A stretch of 60,992 nt of DNA, filler included. It is 8 parts of 8 records of this genome, joined end to end, with 100 filler letters (N's around TTAATTAATTAA, not from the genome) between each part and the next. Parts side by side here need not be neighbours in the genome. Positions count along the whole stretch, not along the records: positions 1 to 11,718 come from SRR20825015_522; 7 more parts are not named here. One strand, written 5' to 3'. Made by a program: the position numbers and the translations under genes. The notes below the pieces were generated by a model. That model was not told where the DNA came from. It did not search any database and worked only from the letters and a program-made list of their open reading frames with translations. Positions 1 through 9,814 of the stretch are shown here, in pieces (position 1 is the first letter of the stretch; each line of letters opens with the position of its first letter).

Positions 1-272
1 CCGCTGGGTTGGGGGCATCCACCGCATCAGTTCAAACCTCCGGCCAAAGCCAGAGGTTTGTCAGCAGTCTGGAGCCTGCTGCAGAAACAGGCCATTGCCT
101 GTAATTGCAAAACCGCACGCGGGCCCATATCGTGGTTCGTGATGCATTCTGAAGGCTGTTCTGGACCGGCACACGCTCGCGGACGCAGACCGAAATGCAT
201 GCGTCAGGGACAGGATGTCTGAACCCGAAACGGCCAGTTGCTTGTTCTCATTCAATCAAACCGGAACGGGAA

Positions 273-1175
273 ATGGAAACAGCCTTCTTTCAATTCGAGA
301 CTGTTGCGGAGCTCGGTTCGATCCGGAAAGCGTCCGAACATCTGCATATTTCGCCCTCCTCCGTCAGCCGGCAGATACAGAAGCTTGAGTATGTCTACGG
401 CGTAGAGCTTCTGGTTCGCCAATCCCAGGGTGTCAGGCTCACACCCGCCGGAGAGTTGATCCTGCGTTATGTGAAAGGCCGCAACAAAGAGCTGCAACGG
501 CTGCGCGCGGAGATCGATGCGCTGAAAAATCTCGAAAGTGGCCATGTCATCGTCTACACGGTGGAAGGCATGATCGGCGGACTTCTGCCGCGCGCGCTTG
601 CCAGTTTTGGCAAGGCCCATCCCAACATCACCTATCAGGTGATGGTGGCAGGTACAGACGGCGTCATGCGGGCGGTTGCCGAGGATCGCTGCGATATCGG
701 CATTTCCTTCCAGCCTTTCCCGCGGGCGGATATTGATACGCTCCTCAGCCTGCGCCAGCCGGTGATGGCGGTGATGTCGCGTCATCATCCGCTGGCGGGA
801 AAACAGGAGCTCACCCTCGCAGAGGCCCGCCATCAGCCGGTTGGCCTGCCGGACCAGTCCTTCGGCATCCGCCAGCTTGTCGACCACGTGGTCAAGAGCG
901 AACAACTTGCGCTGAATATCAGGCTTGAAACCAATTCCATCGATATGATGCGCCAGTTTGCCCTGCAGGATATGGGCATTGTTTTCCTCCCCGCCTTCTC
1001 GTTCGAGCGGGAACTGGCGTCAGGGGAACTGATCGGCGTTCCGGTCAAGTCCACCGTGCTGGCGCTCTCGACCACCGAAGTGTGCAAACGCGCCGAGGTC
1101 GAACTCAGCCCGGCAGCGCGCCGCCTGGTCGAATATATCCGCAAAGTCGCCGATGATTTTGTTGGTGTTGCGTGA
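273..1175 (+). CDS. LysR-family transcriptional regulator
   Basis: N-terminal HTH (FETVAELGSIRKASEHLHISPSSVSRQIQKLE) plus LysR substrate-binding domain. Start moved to ATG 273 from track ORF 195. Confidence 0.93.
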   Translation: METAFFQFETVAELGSIRKASEHLHISPSSVSRQIQKLEYVYGVELLVRQSQGVRLTPAGELILRYVKGRNKELQRLRAEIDALKNLESGHVIVYTVEGMIGGLLPRALASFGKAHPNITYQVMVAGTDGVMRAVAEDRCDIGISFQPFPRADIDTLLSLRQPVMAVMSRHHPLAGKQELTLAEARHQPVGLPDQSFGIRQLVDHVVKSEQLALNIRLETNSIDMMRQFALQDMGIVFLPAFSFERELASGELIGVPVKSTVLALSTTEVCKRAEVELSPAARRLVEYIRKVADDFVGVA

Positions 1176-1183
1176 AATGCAAC
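1167..1183. promoter_or_regulatory. Putative LysR binding site GTTGC-N7-GCAAC (T-N11-A)
   Basis: Dyad GTTGCGTGAAATGCAAC overlapping the lysR stop codon, ~115 bp upstream of the ABC operon. Confidence 0.6.
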
Positions 1184-1297
1184 GCGGTGTGCCTGTATTA
1201 CTTCTTCCGTGAAGCGCGCTTTGTCCCTTAGGCTGTTGATGCGGGGGATTGTGAAATCTTCATGCTTTAAAAACAACGAGAACTGAGGGGTTCCGAA

Positions 1298-2500
1298 ATG
1301 ACGAAATTTACGAAGCCGTGGCTGCTTGCGCTCGCCGGCACCACAATGTTGCTGGCGCAGCCGGCACTTGCCAACGAAACAATCCGGGTTGGCGCTCCGC
1401 TTCCCCTGACAGGCCCGCTTTCGCCGGAGGGGCTGAAGCAGCAGCGTGGCTATGACCTGTGGGCGGAGACCGTCAACGAGGCCGGTGGCATCACGGCCGG
1501 CGACACCACCTATGATGTCGAGATTGTCTATGTCGACTATGAAAGCCAGACGCCGCGCGCCGTCCAGACCGCCGAGCGGCTGATCACCGCCGATGAGGTC
1601 AATTTCCTGTTCGCGCCGTTCGGTTCGGGCGCGGCGAAGGCGGCCAGCTCCGTCGCCGAGCGCTACCAGATCCCGATGGTCGCCGCGACGGCTTCGTCCG
1701 TCGAGGTTTACGACCAGGGCTATGAATATCTGTTCGGCACATTCACGCCCAACAATACGCTGACCGACCCGCTTGCCAGGATCGTGGCGGATTCCGGCGA
1801 GGATATTTCGACCGTCGCGATCTACGCCCGAAACGACCTTTTCCCGCTTTCCATAGCCAAGGAAATGGAACAGTCGGCGGCCGGGAATGGCATCGAAGTC
1901 ATTTCCTTCGACGAATACGCCATCGGCACGATGGATCACGCCTCCGCCATGACGTTGATGATGCGTTCCAAGCCGGACTGGATCTTCGCCACCGGCTATA
2001 TCAACGATCTCATCCTGATCCGTCGCCAGATGGCCGATCTCGGCATCGAGCCAAAGGCTCTGACGATGCTGGCGGGCCCGGCCTATCAGGAGTTCATCGA
2101 CGCAACCGGCGATCATTCGAACAATGTTTCGAGTGCAGCATGGTGGCACCCGGCCGTTGCCTATGACGGCGAGGATGTTTTCGGGACGACAGCGGACTTC
2201 GTGGCCGCCTTCGAGACGAAATACGACGCTACGCCAGACTACGCGGAAGCCTCCGCCGCCGCCGCCGGCGCCGTCCTGCAACTGGCCATCGAAGAAGCCG
2301 GCACGATCGAGCCGACCGCCGTGCGCGATGCGCTTGCAAGCATGGATACGATGACCTTCTACGGCCCGGTTCATTTCGGTGAGAACGGGCAGATCGATTC
2401 CCTCGAGCCGCCGGTCTTCCAGATCCAGGACGGTACGGCTATGACGATCTATCCCGACGCCATCAAGCAGGCCGATATGCGTTTCGGCGGCATCGAATAG
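1298..2500 (+). CDS. Branched-chain amino acid-type (Liv/HAAT) ABC transporter substrate-binding protein
   Basis: Signal peptide, IRVGAPLPLTGPLS motif, periplasmic binding protein type 1 pattern, RBS GAGGGG. Confidence 0.92.
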   Translation: MTKFTKPWLLALAGTTMLLAQPALANETIRVGAPLPLTGPLSPEGLKQQRGYDLWAETVNEAGGITAGDTTYDVEIVYVDYESQTPRAVQTAERLITADEVNFLFAPFGSGAAKAASSVAERYQIPMVAATASSVEVYDQGYEYLFGTFTPNNTLTDPLARIVADSGEDISTVAIYARNDLFPLSIAKEMEQSAAGNGIEVISFDEYAIGTMDHASAMTLMMRSKPDWIFATGYINDLILIRRQMADLGIEPKALTMLAGPAYQEFIDATGDHSNNVSSAAWWHPAVAYDGEDVFGTTADFVAAFETKYDATPDYAEASAAAAGAVLQLAIEEAGTIEPTAVRDALASMDTMTFYGPVHFGENGQIDSLEPPVFQIQDGTAMTIYPDAIKQADMRFGGIE

Positions 2501-2525
2501 TTCGGACAGCGACCTTCAGCGCGTT

Positions 2526-2552
2526 AGCGGCCGGCCGCAAGGGTCGGCCGCT
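2526..2552 (+). terminator. GC-rich hairpin after the SBP gene (mRNA-stabilising or terminator-like)
   Basis: AGCGGCCGGCC-GCAA-GGGTCGGCCGCT, no U-tract. Confidence 0.4.
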
Positions 2553-2572
2553 CAAACAGCGGAAAACATCCA

Positions 2573-3439
2573 ATGCTATATGCACAGATCCTCCTCAACG
2601 GGCTGGTGCTGGGCGGGCTCTATGCCTGTATCTCGGTCGGCTTCTCACTGGTGTGGGGCGTCCTGAACGTCATCAACGTGCTGCATGGCTCGTTCGTGGT
2701 TCTGGGCTCCTACATCGCCTATTTCGCCTATGTCCACCTTGGCATTCATCCGTTCGTCTCGGTCGTCATCGCCGGCGCGTTGCTCTTCGCACTCGGCTAT
2801 GTGGTGCAGCTCGGGCTGATCAACCGTGTCGTTGGCGCGCCGGTCCTGACGACACTGGTGCTGACCTTCGGCCTCGATCTTCTGCTCAACAACGGCATGC
2901 TTCTGGCCTTCAGCGCCGACTACCGCTCGGTGCAACTGGCCAACCCGCTTGGCAGCAAGGTCATCGCCGGCCTGGTGTTTCCGTTGGACCGGCTGGTCGC
3001 GATGCTGCTTGCGGGCGTGCTGACCGGCCTGCTCTATCTTCTGCTGGCTCGATCAAAGATCGGTCATGCCATCGTTGCGGTGCGCATGGACCGGGAGGCG
3101 GCGGCCCTGATGGGCGTTGACGTGAAGAAGATCTATGCGATCACCTTCGGCATTGGCGCGCTGATGGCGGGGGCCGCCGGCAGCCTTTTGAGCCTCGTCT
3201 TCCCGATCTCGCCGCTTGCAAGTTCCGAGTATCTTTCGATCGCCTTTATCGTTTGCGTGCTGGGTGGGCTCGGCAGTATTGCCGGTGCCATTGTCGGAGG
3301 TATAGCGCTTGGTCTCATCCAGAGTTTCGGCGCGCTCTTCATCGGCCCGCAACACGGACTGACGATTGCATTCGGCCTGCTCATTCTTCTCCTGATATTC
3401 AAGCCGACCGGCATTATGGGCCGCAGGGGGTATGAATGA
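2573..3439 (+). CDS. Liv-type ABC permease (LivH-like)
   Basis: QILLNGLVLGGLYA...GFSLVWGV..VINV.HG motif, multi-TM. Confidence 0.92.
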   Translation: MLYAQILLNGLVLGGLYACISVGFSLVWGVLNVINVLHGSFVVLGSYIAYFAYVHLGIHPFVSVVIAGALLFALGYVVQLGLINRVVGAPVLTTLVLTFGLDLLLNNGMLLAFSADYRSVQLANPLGSKVIAGLVFPLDRLVAMLLAGVLTGLLYLLLARSKIGHAIVAVRMDREAAALMGVDVKKIYAITFGIGALMAGAAGSLLSLVFPISPLASSEYLSIAFIVCVLGGLGSIAGAIVGGIALGLIQSFGALFIGPQHGLTIAFGLLILLLIFKPTGIMGRRGYE

Positions 3440-4380
3440 AACATCCGCTGATCGGCCTCTGCTTCTTCGCCATCATCGCCTTTCTTCCGGTGTTCGAAGA
3501 CAATTACATCCTGCGACTCGGCACGATGTTCGCCATGTATGCGGTACTGTCCCAGTCCTGGAACATCATTGGCGGCTATGCCGGCTACCCGTCCTTCGCG
3601 ACGGCCGCCTTCTTCGGGCTTGGCGCCTATACCGGTGCCATCCTGCAGGGGTTTGGCCTTTCCATGCCGCTTGCCTGGCTGGCTGCCGGGGTGATGGCTG
3701 CCGCATTCGCAGCCGTGATGGGGGCGGCCATCCTGCACCTGAAAGGCCATTATTTCGCAATTGCCAGTCTGGTGCTTGCCGAAGTTCTTCTGGAAATCAC
3801 CACCTCCTGGACCAGCCTGACGGGCGGCGGCATGGGCCTCAACCTGCCGATTATCCGCATGTCCGTGGGCGCTCAGGCGCGCCTGTTCTTCTGGGCGATG
3901 CTCGGCCTTGCCGTGCTCACCTTCCTGATGAGCTGGTATGTTTCAGCCGGACGCATCGGCTTTGCCCTGCGCTGTATCCGCCAGAACGAGGATGCCTCCT
4001 CGATGGTCGGCATCAACACCACACTCTACAAGATCATCGCCTTCGTCCTTTCCGCCCTGTTCGTCGGTTCGGCCGGCGCACTTTATGCCTCATGGGTGTT
4101 TTACATCGAGCCGCCGGATGTCTACTCGGTCATGACCACGATCCGTCCGATCGTGATGACCATGCTTGGCGGTCCCGGCACGCTTCTGGGTCCGGTCATC
4201 GGCTCCGGCATTTTCCTGATCATCGAAGAGGTCGTGTGGCGTAACTTCCTGTCTATCCATGCGGCCGTACTCGGCATTCTGATCGTCGGGCTGATTTTCT
4301 ATCTGCCCAACGGCGTTGTCGGCGCAGCCATGCGCAGGTTTCGAAAGCGCGAGAAAAACAAAGCGGGGACCAAGCCATGA
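3436..4380 (+). CDS. Liv-type ABC permease (LivM-like)
   Basis: SWNIIGGYAGYPSF and LKGHYFAIASL motifs, ATGA overlap with previous gene. Confidence 0.92.
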   Translation: MKHPLIGLCFFAIIAFLPVFEDNYILRLGTMFAMYAVLSQSWNIIGGYAGYPSFATAAFFGLGAYTGAILQGFGLSMPLAWLAAGVMAAAFAAVMGAAILHLKGHYFAIASLVLAEVLLEITTSWTSLTGGGMGLNLPIIRMSVGAQARLFFWAMLGLAVLTFLMSWYVSAGRIGFALRCIRQNEDASSMVGINTTLYKIIAFVLSALFVGSAGALYASWVFYIEPPDVYSVMTTIRPIVMTMLGGPGTLLGPVIGSGIFLIIEEVVWRNFLSIHAAVLGILIVGLIFYLPNGVVGAAMRRFRKREKNKAGTKP

Positions 4381-5132
4381 GTATCCTCGAACTCAGGGGC
4401 CTGACCCAGCGCTTTGGCGGGTTGACGGCGGTGAATAATGTCGACCTTTCGGTGGAGCCGGGCGAAATCGTCGGCCTGATCGGGCCCAACGGAGCGGGCA
4501 AGACCACGGTCGTCAATCTGGTCACCGGGGTCTTCAAGCCCACAAGCGGCAGCGTCACCTATGACGGTCGCCGTATCGACGGGATGAAGCCTTACCAGAT
4601 CAGTCGGCTCGGCGTGGCGCGGACCTATCAGGTCGTCCAGCCATTTCCCGAGATGACGGTGCTTGAAAATGTGATGGCGCCGGCGATTTTCGCTGCGGGC
4701 GCATCCTCGACGAGCGAGGCAATGCATGCCGCCGACGAGGCGATTGAATTCCTCGGGCTGAAACAGCATCGCGATACGCCTGCAAGCGAACTGACCCTTG
4801 CCGGCCGCAAGCGGCTGGAACTGGCCAAGAGCCTGGCGATGAAGCCAAAGGTCCTGCTGCTCGACGAGGTCAATGCCGGCCTCAACCCGGCGGAGATCGA
4901 GACCGCGCTCGAAATGATCCGGGCGATCGCCGCGCGCGGGGTCACCATCATCCTGATCGAGCATCTGATGAAGGTGGTGATGACGCTCTGCACCCGCATC
5001 GTGGTGCTGCATCACGGCGCCAAGATCGCCGAAGGCCGTCCGGACGAGATCACACAGAATGACAAGGTGATCGAGGCCTATCTCGGCAACCGCTATGCAA
5101 AGGCCAATGCCGGGGAGGCCAGCGATGTCTGA
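4377..5132 (+). CDS. Liv-type ABC ATP-binding protein (LivG-like)
   Basis: Walker A GPNGAGKTT, LLLDE, C-terminal VIEAYLG. Confidence 0.93.
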   Translation: MSILELRGLTQRFGGLTAVNNVDLSVEPGEIVGLIGPNGAGKTTVVNLVTGVFKPTSGSVTYDGRRIDGMKPYQISRLGVARTYQVVQPFPEMTVLENVMAPAIFAAGASSTSEAMHAADEAIEFLGLKQHRDTPASELTLAGRKRLELAKSLAMKPKVLLLDEVNAGLNPAEIETALEMIRAIAARGVTIILIEHLMKVVMTLCTRIVVLHHGAKIAEGRPDEITQNDKVIEAYLGNRYAKANAGEASDV

Positions 5133-5844
5133 TCCACTCTTTCAAATCAAGCAATTGGAAGCCGGCTACGGGGAAATCCGGGTTCTGTGGGGCATCGACC
5201 TTGTGGTCAATGCGGGAGAGATCGTCTGCCTGATCGGCTCCAACGGTGCGGGCAAGACCACTCTGCTGCGCACCGTCTCCGGCCTTCTGCAGCCCACGGC
5301 AGGCAGCATTTCCATCGAAGGCCAGGAACTGGCGGGCGCCGGCTCACGGCAGGTGCTTACGGGCGGCGTCGCCCATGTACCCGAAGGCCGCCGGCTGTTT
5401 CGCACCATGACGGTGAAGGACAACCTGATGATGGGGGCCTATCTCAGGAAGAGGGACATCTCGGTTCACGACGACCTCGACCGCGTCATGACCATGTTCC
5501 CGCGCCTTGCCGAACGCGCGCATCAGGATGCCTCGACGCTTTCGGGCGGCGAGCAGCAGATGTGCGCGATCGGCCGCGGCATCATGAGCCGGCCGAAACT
5601 CCTGATGATCGACGAGCTTTCGCTTGGTCTCGCGCCGCGCGCGGTCGAGCTTTTGAGCGAGTCCCTCATCGAGATCAACAAATCCGGCGTCGCCATTCTG
5701 CTTGTCGAGCAGGACGTGATGACCGCGCTCGACCTTGCCGATCGCGGCTATGTGATCGATCGCGGACGGATCTCCTTTGCAGCCACTTCAGAAGAACTTC
5801 GTCAGGAGCCAGCCGTGCGCGAAGCCTATATCGGCGCGGCCTGA
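5125..5844 (+). CDS. Liv-type ABC ATP-binding protein (LivF-like)
   Basis: GSNGAGKTT, LSGGEQQM, VPEGRRLF. Start ATG 5125 after GGAGG. Confidence 0.93.
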   Translation: MSDPLFQIKQLEAGYGEIRVLWGIDLVVNAGEIVCLIGSNGAGKTTLLRTVSGLLQPTAGSISIEGQELAGAGSRQVLTGGVAHVPEGRRLFRTMTVKDNLMMGAYLRKRDISVHDDLDRVMTMFPRLAERAHQDASTLSGGEQQMCAIGRGIMSRPKLLMIDELSLGLAPRAVELLSESLIEINKSGVAILLVEQDVMTALDLADRGYVIDRGRISFAATSEELRQEPAVREAYIGAA

Positions 5845-5871
5845 CAAGCAGAAATACAGAAAGCAAATCCG

Positions 5872-7350
5872 ATGAATGCCTCTCAAAACACCGATACACA
5901 GCAAGACGCAATCCTGTCGCCGTATGACGGCAGCGTTGTCGGCCACATGCCGGTTTCGAAGGATGCCGATATCGAGCAAGCTATCCTGACCGCCCAAAAG
6001 GGCTTCGACGTGATGCGCAAGCTGCCGCGTTTTGTGCGCGCCGATATTCTGGGCCGCACCGCCGACCTGATCGAGGCGCGCAAGGACGAGTTCGTCCGCC
6101 TTATCGCGGCGGAAGCGGGAAAGCCGCTCTATGACGCGCGCGGCGAGATCTCCCGGTCGCTTCTGAACCTGCGCGGCGCCGCGCGCGAGGCCCTCGCCTT
6201 CGGTGGTCAGGAAGTACCGCTGGATATCGATGGCGCCGTGTTCGAGTATCAGACGGCATCGGCCGATGGCAGTCCGCTCGATCTCTCCAAGGCCGATCTG
6301 GCCACCCTGAACGGCCTCGGCCGGCGCATCGGCCTTGCCCGCAGGTTTCCGATCGGGCCGATCCTTGCGATCACCCCGTTCAATTTCCCGCTGAACCTCG
6401 TGCTGCACAAGCTGGCGCCGGCCTTTGCCGTCGGCAATTCCGTGATCCTCAAACCGGCCCCGCAAACGCCGCTGACCAGCAGGCTTCTGGCAGAGGTCCT
6501 GTATGAGGCTGGTCTGCCGCAAGAGGCGCTGAGCGTGGTCCATTGCGACGTGCCGCTGGCGGAAAAGCTTGTGCGCGACGACCGCATTGCCATGGTCACC
6601 TTTACCGGCAGCGTTCCCGTCGGCTGGCATATCAAGTCACTGAGCGGCAAGAAGAAGGTCTCACTCGAGCTTGGCGGCAATGGCGCGGTTGTCGTCTCCG
6701 AAGATGCCGATATTGCCTTTGCCGCGGCGCGCTGCGTGCGTGGCGGCGTGGTCTATGGCGGCCAGTATTGCATTGGCGTCCAGCGCATTTTCGTGCACGA
6801 AAAGGTCTATGACGCTTTCGAGAAGGAACTGGTCAGCCGGGTCGAGGCCTGCAAGGTCGGCAATCCGATGGAAGAAGGGGTCGATGTCGGTCCGGTCATC
6901 GACGAGCGCTCGGCAATGCGTATCGAAAGCTGGATCAGGGAAGCCGTCGACCAGGGCGCGCGCATCCTGACCGGGGGCACCCGCGACCGGGCCGTCGTCA
7001 TGCCGACGGTTCTGACCGACACCAAACCCGACATGAAGGTCGAGGCGGAGGAAATCTTCGGTCCGGTCTTGACGCTGACGAAAGTGAAGGACGCGGAGGA
7101 AGGCGTCCGTCGCGCCGCAGACAGCCGGTTCGGCCTTCAGGGCGGGTTTTTCACGAATGACATGAAGGCAGCCTTCCGGGCGCTCGAGGACTGGGATGTC
7201 GGAGCGCTGATGATCAATGATGTGCCGATCTACCGTATCGACACCATGCCCTTTGGCGGCTGGAAGGATTCCGGGCTCGGGCGGGAGGGCACCCGCTATG
7301 CGATGGACAGCATGAGCGACATCAAACTGCTCGTGGTCAATTATGGCTGA
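5872..7350 (+). CDS. NAD(P)-dependent aldehyde dehydrogenase
   Basis: ITPFNFP, FTGS, LELGG (catalytic Glu), GQYC (catalytic Cys), EEIFGP, PFGG.K.SG.GREG. Confidence 0.93.
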   Translation: MNASQNTDTQQDAILSPYDGSVVGHMPVSKDADIEQAILTAQKGFDVMRKLPRFVRADILGRTADLIEARKDEFVRLIAAEAGKPLYDARGEISRSLLNLRGAAREALAFGGQEVPLDIDGAVFEYQTASADGSPLDLSKADLATLNGLGRRIGLARRFPIGPILAITPFNFPLNLVLHKLAPAFAVGNSVILKPAPQTPLTSRLLAEVLYEAGLPQEALSVVHCDVPLAEKLVRDDRIAMVTFTGSVPVGWHIKSLSGKKKVSLELGGNGAVVVSEDADIAFAAARCVRGGVVYGGQYCIGVQRIFVHEKVYDAFEKELVSRVEACKVGNPMEEGVDVGPVIDERSAMRIESWIREAVDQGARILTGGTRDRAVVMPTVLTDTKPDMKVEAEEIFGPVLTLTKVKDAEEGVRRAADSRFGLQGGFFTNDMKAAFRALEDWDVGALMINDVPIYRIDTMPFGGWKDSGLGREGTRYAMDSMSDIKLLVVNYG

Positions 7351-8158
7351 TCGCCGGAAAGTGGCCGTGGCCGGTCTCGGGTCGATCGGCCTGCGGGTCG
7401 CCGCGGCGCTCGATCAGGGGCTCGACGGGCTTGAACTGACGGCGGTTTCTGCCCGCGACCCCGGGGCTGCCGCTGCACGTCTGGCGACATTTCGGAAAAT
7501 TCCCGAAATCCTGCCGCTCGCGGACTTGCCGGACACGGCGGACATTGTCGTGGAGTGTCTGCCCCCGTCAGCTTTCTCCGCGATGGCAGCGCCGATGCTG
7601 CAACACCCGGAAAAGACATTCGTGGTTGCAAGCGTCGGGCAATTGCTGATGACGGAGGGCTTTCTCGATCAGGCGGGCGCGGCGTCCTTGCGCATTCTGG
7701 TGCCATCAGGGGCGATCGCCGGCCTGGACGGGTTGCGGGCTGCCCGCGAGATTGGCCTTGACGCCGTGACGCTGCAGACGCGCAAGCCGCCACATTCCTT
7801 CGGTGCGGTCGTCATGAACGGCGACGGGCCGGTGTCAACCGCAGGGATCGCAGAACCCGTCCGTCTCTTCGCCGGCAATGCCCGGCAATCGATCGCTGCC
7901 TTCCCCAGAAACATCAATGTGGCCGCCACCGTCGCGCTTGCCGGGATCGGGCCGGACAAAACGGCGGTCGAGATCTGGGCCGATCCCGGGATCAGCATGA
8001 ATACCCACGAACTCACCATTCGCTCAAGGGGCGGCACGCTCCGGATCGTCTCGGAGAACCTGCCCGATGACGAAAACCCGAAAAGCAGCGCTATAACCGC
8101 CTACAGCATCATCGCGGCATTGAGGCGAACGGGCGGTTTTCTTTCGGTCGGCTCCTGA
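7343..8158 (+). CDS. L-aspartate dehydrogenase (NadX)-like protein
   Basis: GLGSIG Rossmann motif, PSGAIAGLD, FP.NINVAATVALAG, NPKSS.ITAYS. Confidence 0.85.
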   Translation: MADRRKVAVAGLGSIGLRVAAALDQGLDGLELTAVSARDPGAAAARLATFRKIPEILPLADLPDTADIVVECLPPSAFSAMAAPMLQHPEKTFVVASVGQLLMTEGFLDQAGAASLRILVPSGAIAGLDGLRAAREIGLDAVTLQTRKPPHSFGAVVMNGDGPVSTAGIAEPVRLFAGNARQSIAAFPRNINVAATVALAGIGPDKTAVEIWADPGISMNTHELTIRSRGGTLRIVSENLPDDENPKSSAITAYSIIAALRRTGGFLSVGS

Positions 8159-8170
8159 TGGGGCGCCGGA

Positions 8171-8230
8171 TCTCTTTGTTTTCACGCACGTCCGGACCGA
8201 AAACCGGTATCCACTTTTCGCGGACGCGCT
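8171..8230. repeat. Rhizobiales-type intergenic palindromic repeat (Bru-RS/RIME-like, half element)
   Basis: TCTCTTTGTTTTCACGCACGTCCGGACCGAAAACCGGTATCCACTTTTCGCGGACGCGCT resembles, from recall, the AAAACCGG-N-CCACTTTT repeats of Brucella/Mesorhizobium. Confidence 0.55.
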
Positions 8231-8255
8231 TCAATCAGACAGGAAGGATTTGAGT

Positions 8256-9002
8256 ATGCGGACGAAAACCATGGCGGCAGGCGGTTATCAATACATCCCC
8301 GGCGTGATGCAGTATTCGGCGGGCGTCGGCGCGCTGGACGGCTATCGCATAGTCCGGGCCCGTTTTTTCGATGTCGTGCCGATGAAAGAGGGTTTTGAGC
8401 GCATCGCCCGCCATCTTGGCGAACTTGGCCGGCCGCTCGAGGCATTCTGCGCCTGTGAAATGCGCTCACCCGGCCAGTTTACCGAGGAAGGTTTTGCAAC
8501 CTTCAACACGCGCTATGCCGAAATGCTGCGTGCCTGGAACATCATGGAAGGCGATGACAATCCGGTCGCCCGTTCCAATATCTGCCCCGAAATCGGAGCC
8601 CCGGATGAACCCGGCTTTCATGCCTTCTGCTATACGGTCAAGGACGAAAACGCACCGGAGACATTCGCAATTGCGGGATCAGGCGAGGTGCCGGAAGGGC
8701 AGGAAAACTATCGCGATCATATCGTCCGCCCCGGCGAAACGAGCGCAGATGCCATTCGCGAGAAGGCTGCATTCGTGCTTGATGAAATGGAGCGTCGCAT
8801 GGGTTTCTTCGGCGCGAAATGGGCCGAGACGACCGGGGCGCAGATCTACTCCGTCCATGACATCCATCCGCTGATCGAAACGGAGCTTGCCCCGCGCGGC
8901 GTCCACCGCAACGGGCTCGCATGGCACTATAACCGCCCGCCGATCGTTGGATTGGAATATGAGATGGATTGCCGCCGGATCTTCGACGAAATCATCCTGT
9001 GA
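8256..9002 (+). CDS. CnbZ-like (2-amino-5-chloromuconate deaminase family) protein
   Basis: GGYQYIPGVMQYSAGV, FCACEMRSP.QF..EGF..FN, NPVARSN.CP, RPPI.GLEYEMDCR. Start ATG 8256 after AGGA. Confidence 0.75.
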   Translation: MRTKTMAAGGYQYIPGVMQYSAGVGALDGYRIVRARFFDVVPMKEGFERIARHLGELGRPLEAFCACEMRSPGQFTEEGFATFNTRYAEMLRAWNIMEGDDNPVARSNICPEIGAPDEPGFHAFCYTVKDENAPETFAIAGSGEVPEGQENYRDHIVRPGETSADAIREKAAFVLDEMERRMGFFGAKWAETTGAQIYSVHDIHPLIETELAPRGVHRNGLAWHYNRPPIVGLEYEMDCRRIFDEIIL

Positions 9003-9049
9003 TACCAACCCCGAATTGATCATCCGGATTTGGCATCATGCCTTCAAGG

Positions 9050-9121
9050 TGGCCGGCTATTGATCGGAATCATGGCCGGCTTCAAATCGGAATACCCGGC
9101 CGGCTAACTTCGGAATTCGCA
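9050..9121. mobile_element. Orphan IS21-family terminal repeat region
   Basis: Three TCGGAAT repeats at 23-bp spacing (9064, 9087, 9110) ending in CGCA; reverse strand reads TGCGAATTCCG..., typical of IS21 ends. No istAB present. Confidence 0.6.
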
Positions 9122-9136
9122 GGCCGATGCTCAAAC

Positions 9137-9485
9137 TCAACCACCGAGAACCAAATTGACCAGTTCGCCTTCCCAACGTTGAGTGGAGTATTGTTGTTCA
9201 AGGCGAGCGCGTCCGGCAGTGCCCATTTTCTGTCTCAGATCCGGTTCATTTACTAACCGCGACAGGTAATTTCGCCAATCGGGTTCATCATGCGCGAGGA
9301 AACCGGTGACGCCGTGGCCGACTTTTGCGCCGCCGATCTCAACCCAAGCGCTCGAGATCGGCAGCGGCAGCATCGTGGGGCACGAGCACGGTAATGCGAT
9401 GCCCGTCCTCCATCAGAGCTTCGACAAGAGATCGCCTGAAATTCCAGATATTCCAGACGGCATTCACCGTCATCAGAACATGCAT
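9137..9485 (-). pseudogene. Glycosyltransferase family 4 remnant (N- and C-terminal pieces, middle missing)
   Basis: 9485-9339 reads MHVLMTVNAVWNIWNFRRSLVEALMEDGHRITVLVP...*. A different frame gives VGHGVTGFLA..LSRLVNEPDLRQKMGTAGRARLEQQYS. Confidence 0.7.
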
Positions 9486-9672
9486 GAACCGCCTCGCCGA
9501 ATTGCACACCATCAGTGTAAGCGCTTTTAGCTATTTGACTGATAGAAGTGAAGTGGCTCGGCTTTGTGCTCTGTGAGATCTGCATCCGAACTGTCCTCCA
9601 GCCGGGGAAAACGCGGAAAGCTCCGACAGAAAACGGCCCAGTTTTCATGGCGCAGAGCAGGGGTAGGGCAAA

Positions 9673-9723
9673 ATGTATGGACGAGCAAAACTCGATCTGT
9701 TGCAGGCGCGATTGATTGATGCA
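9673..9723 (+). mobile_element. ISL3-family transposase C-terminal fragment
   Basis: MYGRAKLDLLQARL, characteristic ISL3 C-terminus. Confidence 0.6.
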
Positions 9724-9814
9724 TCAGCTTCTCGGCGGCAAAGCCGGTCATCTCGCGAAGCAAATCGGCATCAGTGCTCTTCTCAACAAGCGAGCGCAGG
9801 TTCATCATATCGTC
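9722..9814 (-). mobile_element. IS256-family transposase N-terminal fragment
   Basis: DDMMNLRSLVEKSTDADLLREMTGFAAEKLM, characteristic of alphaproteobacterial IS256 starts. Confidence 0.65.
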
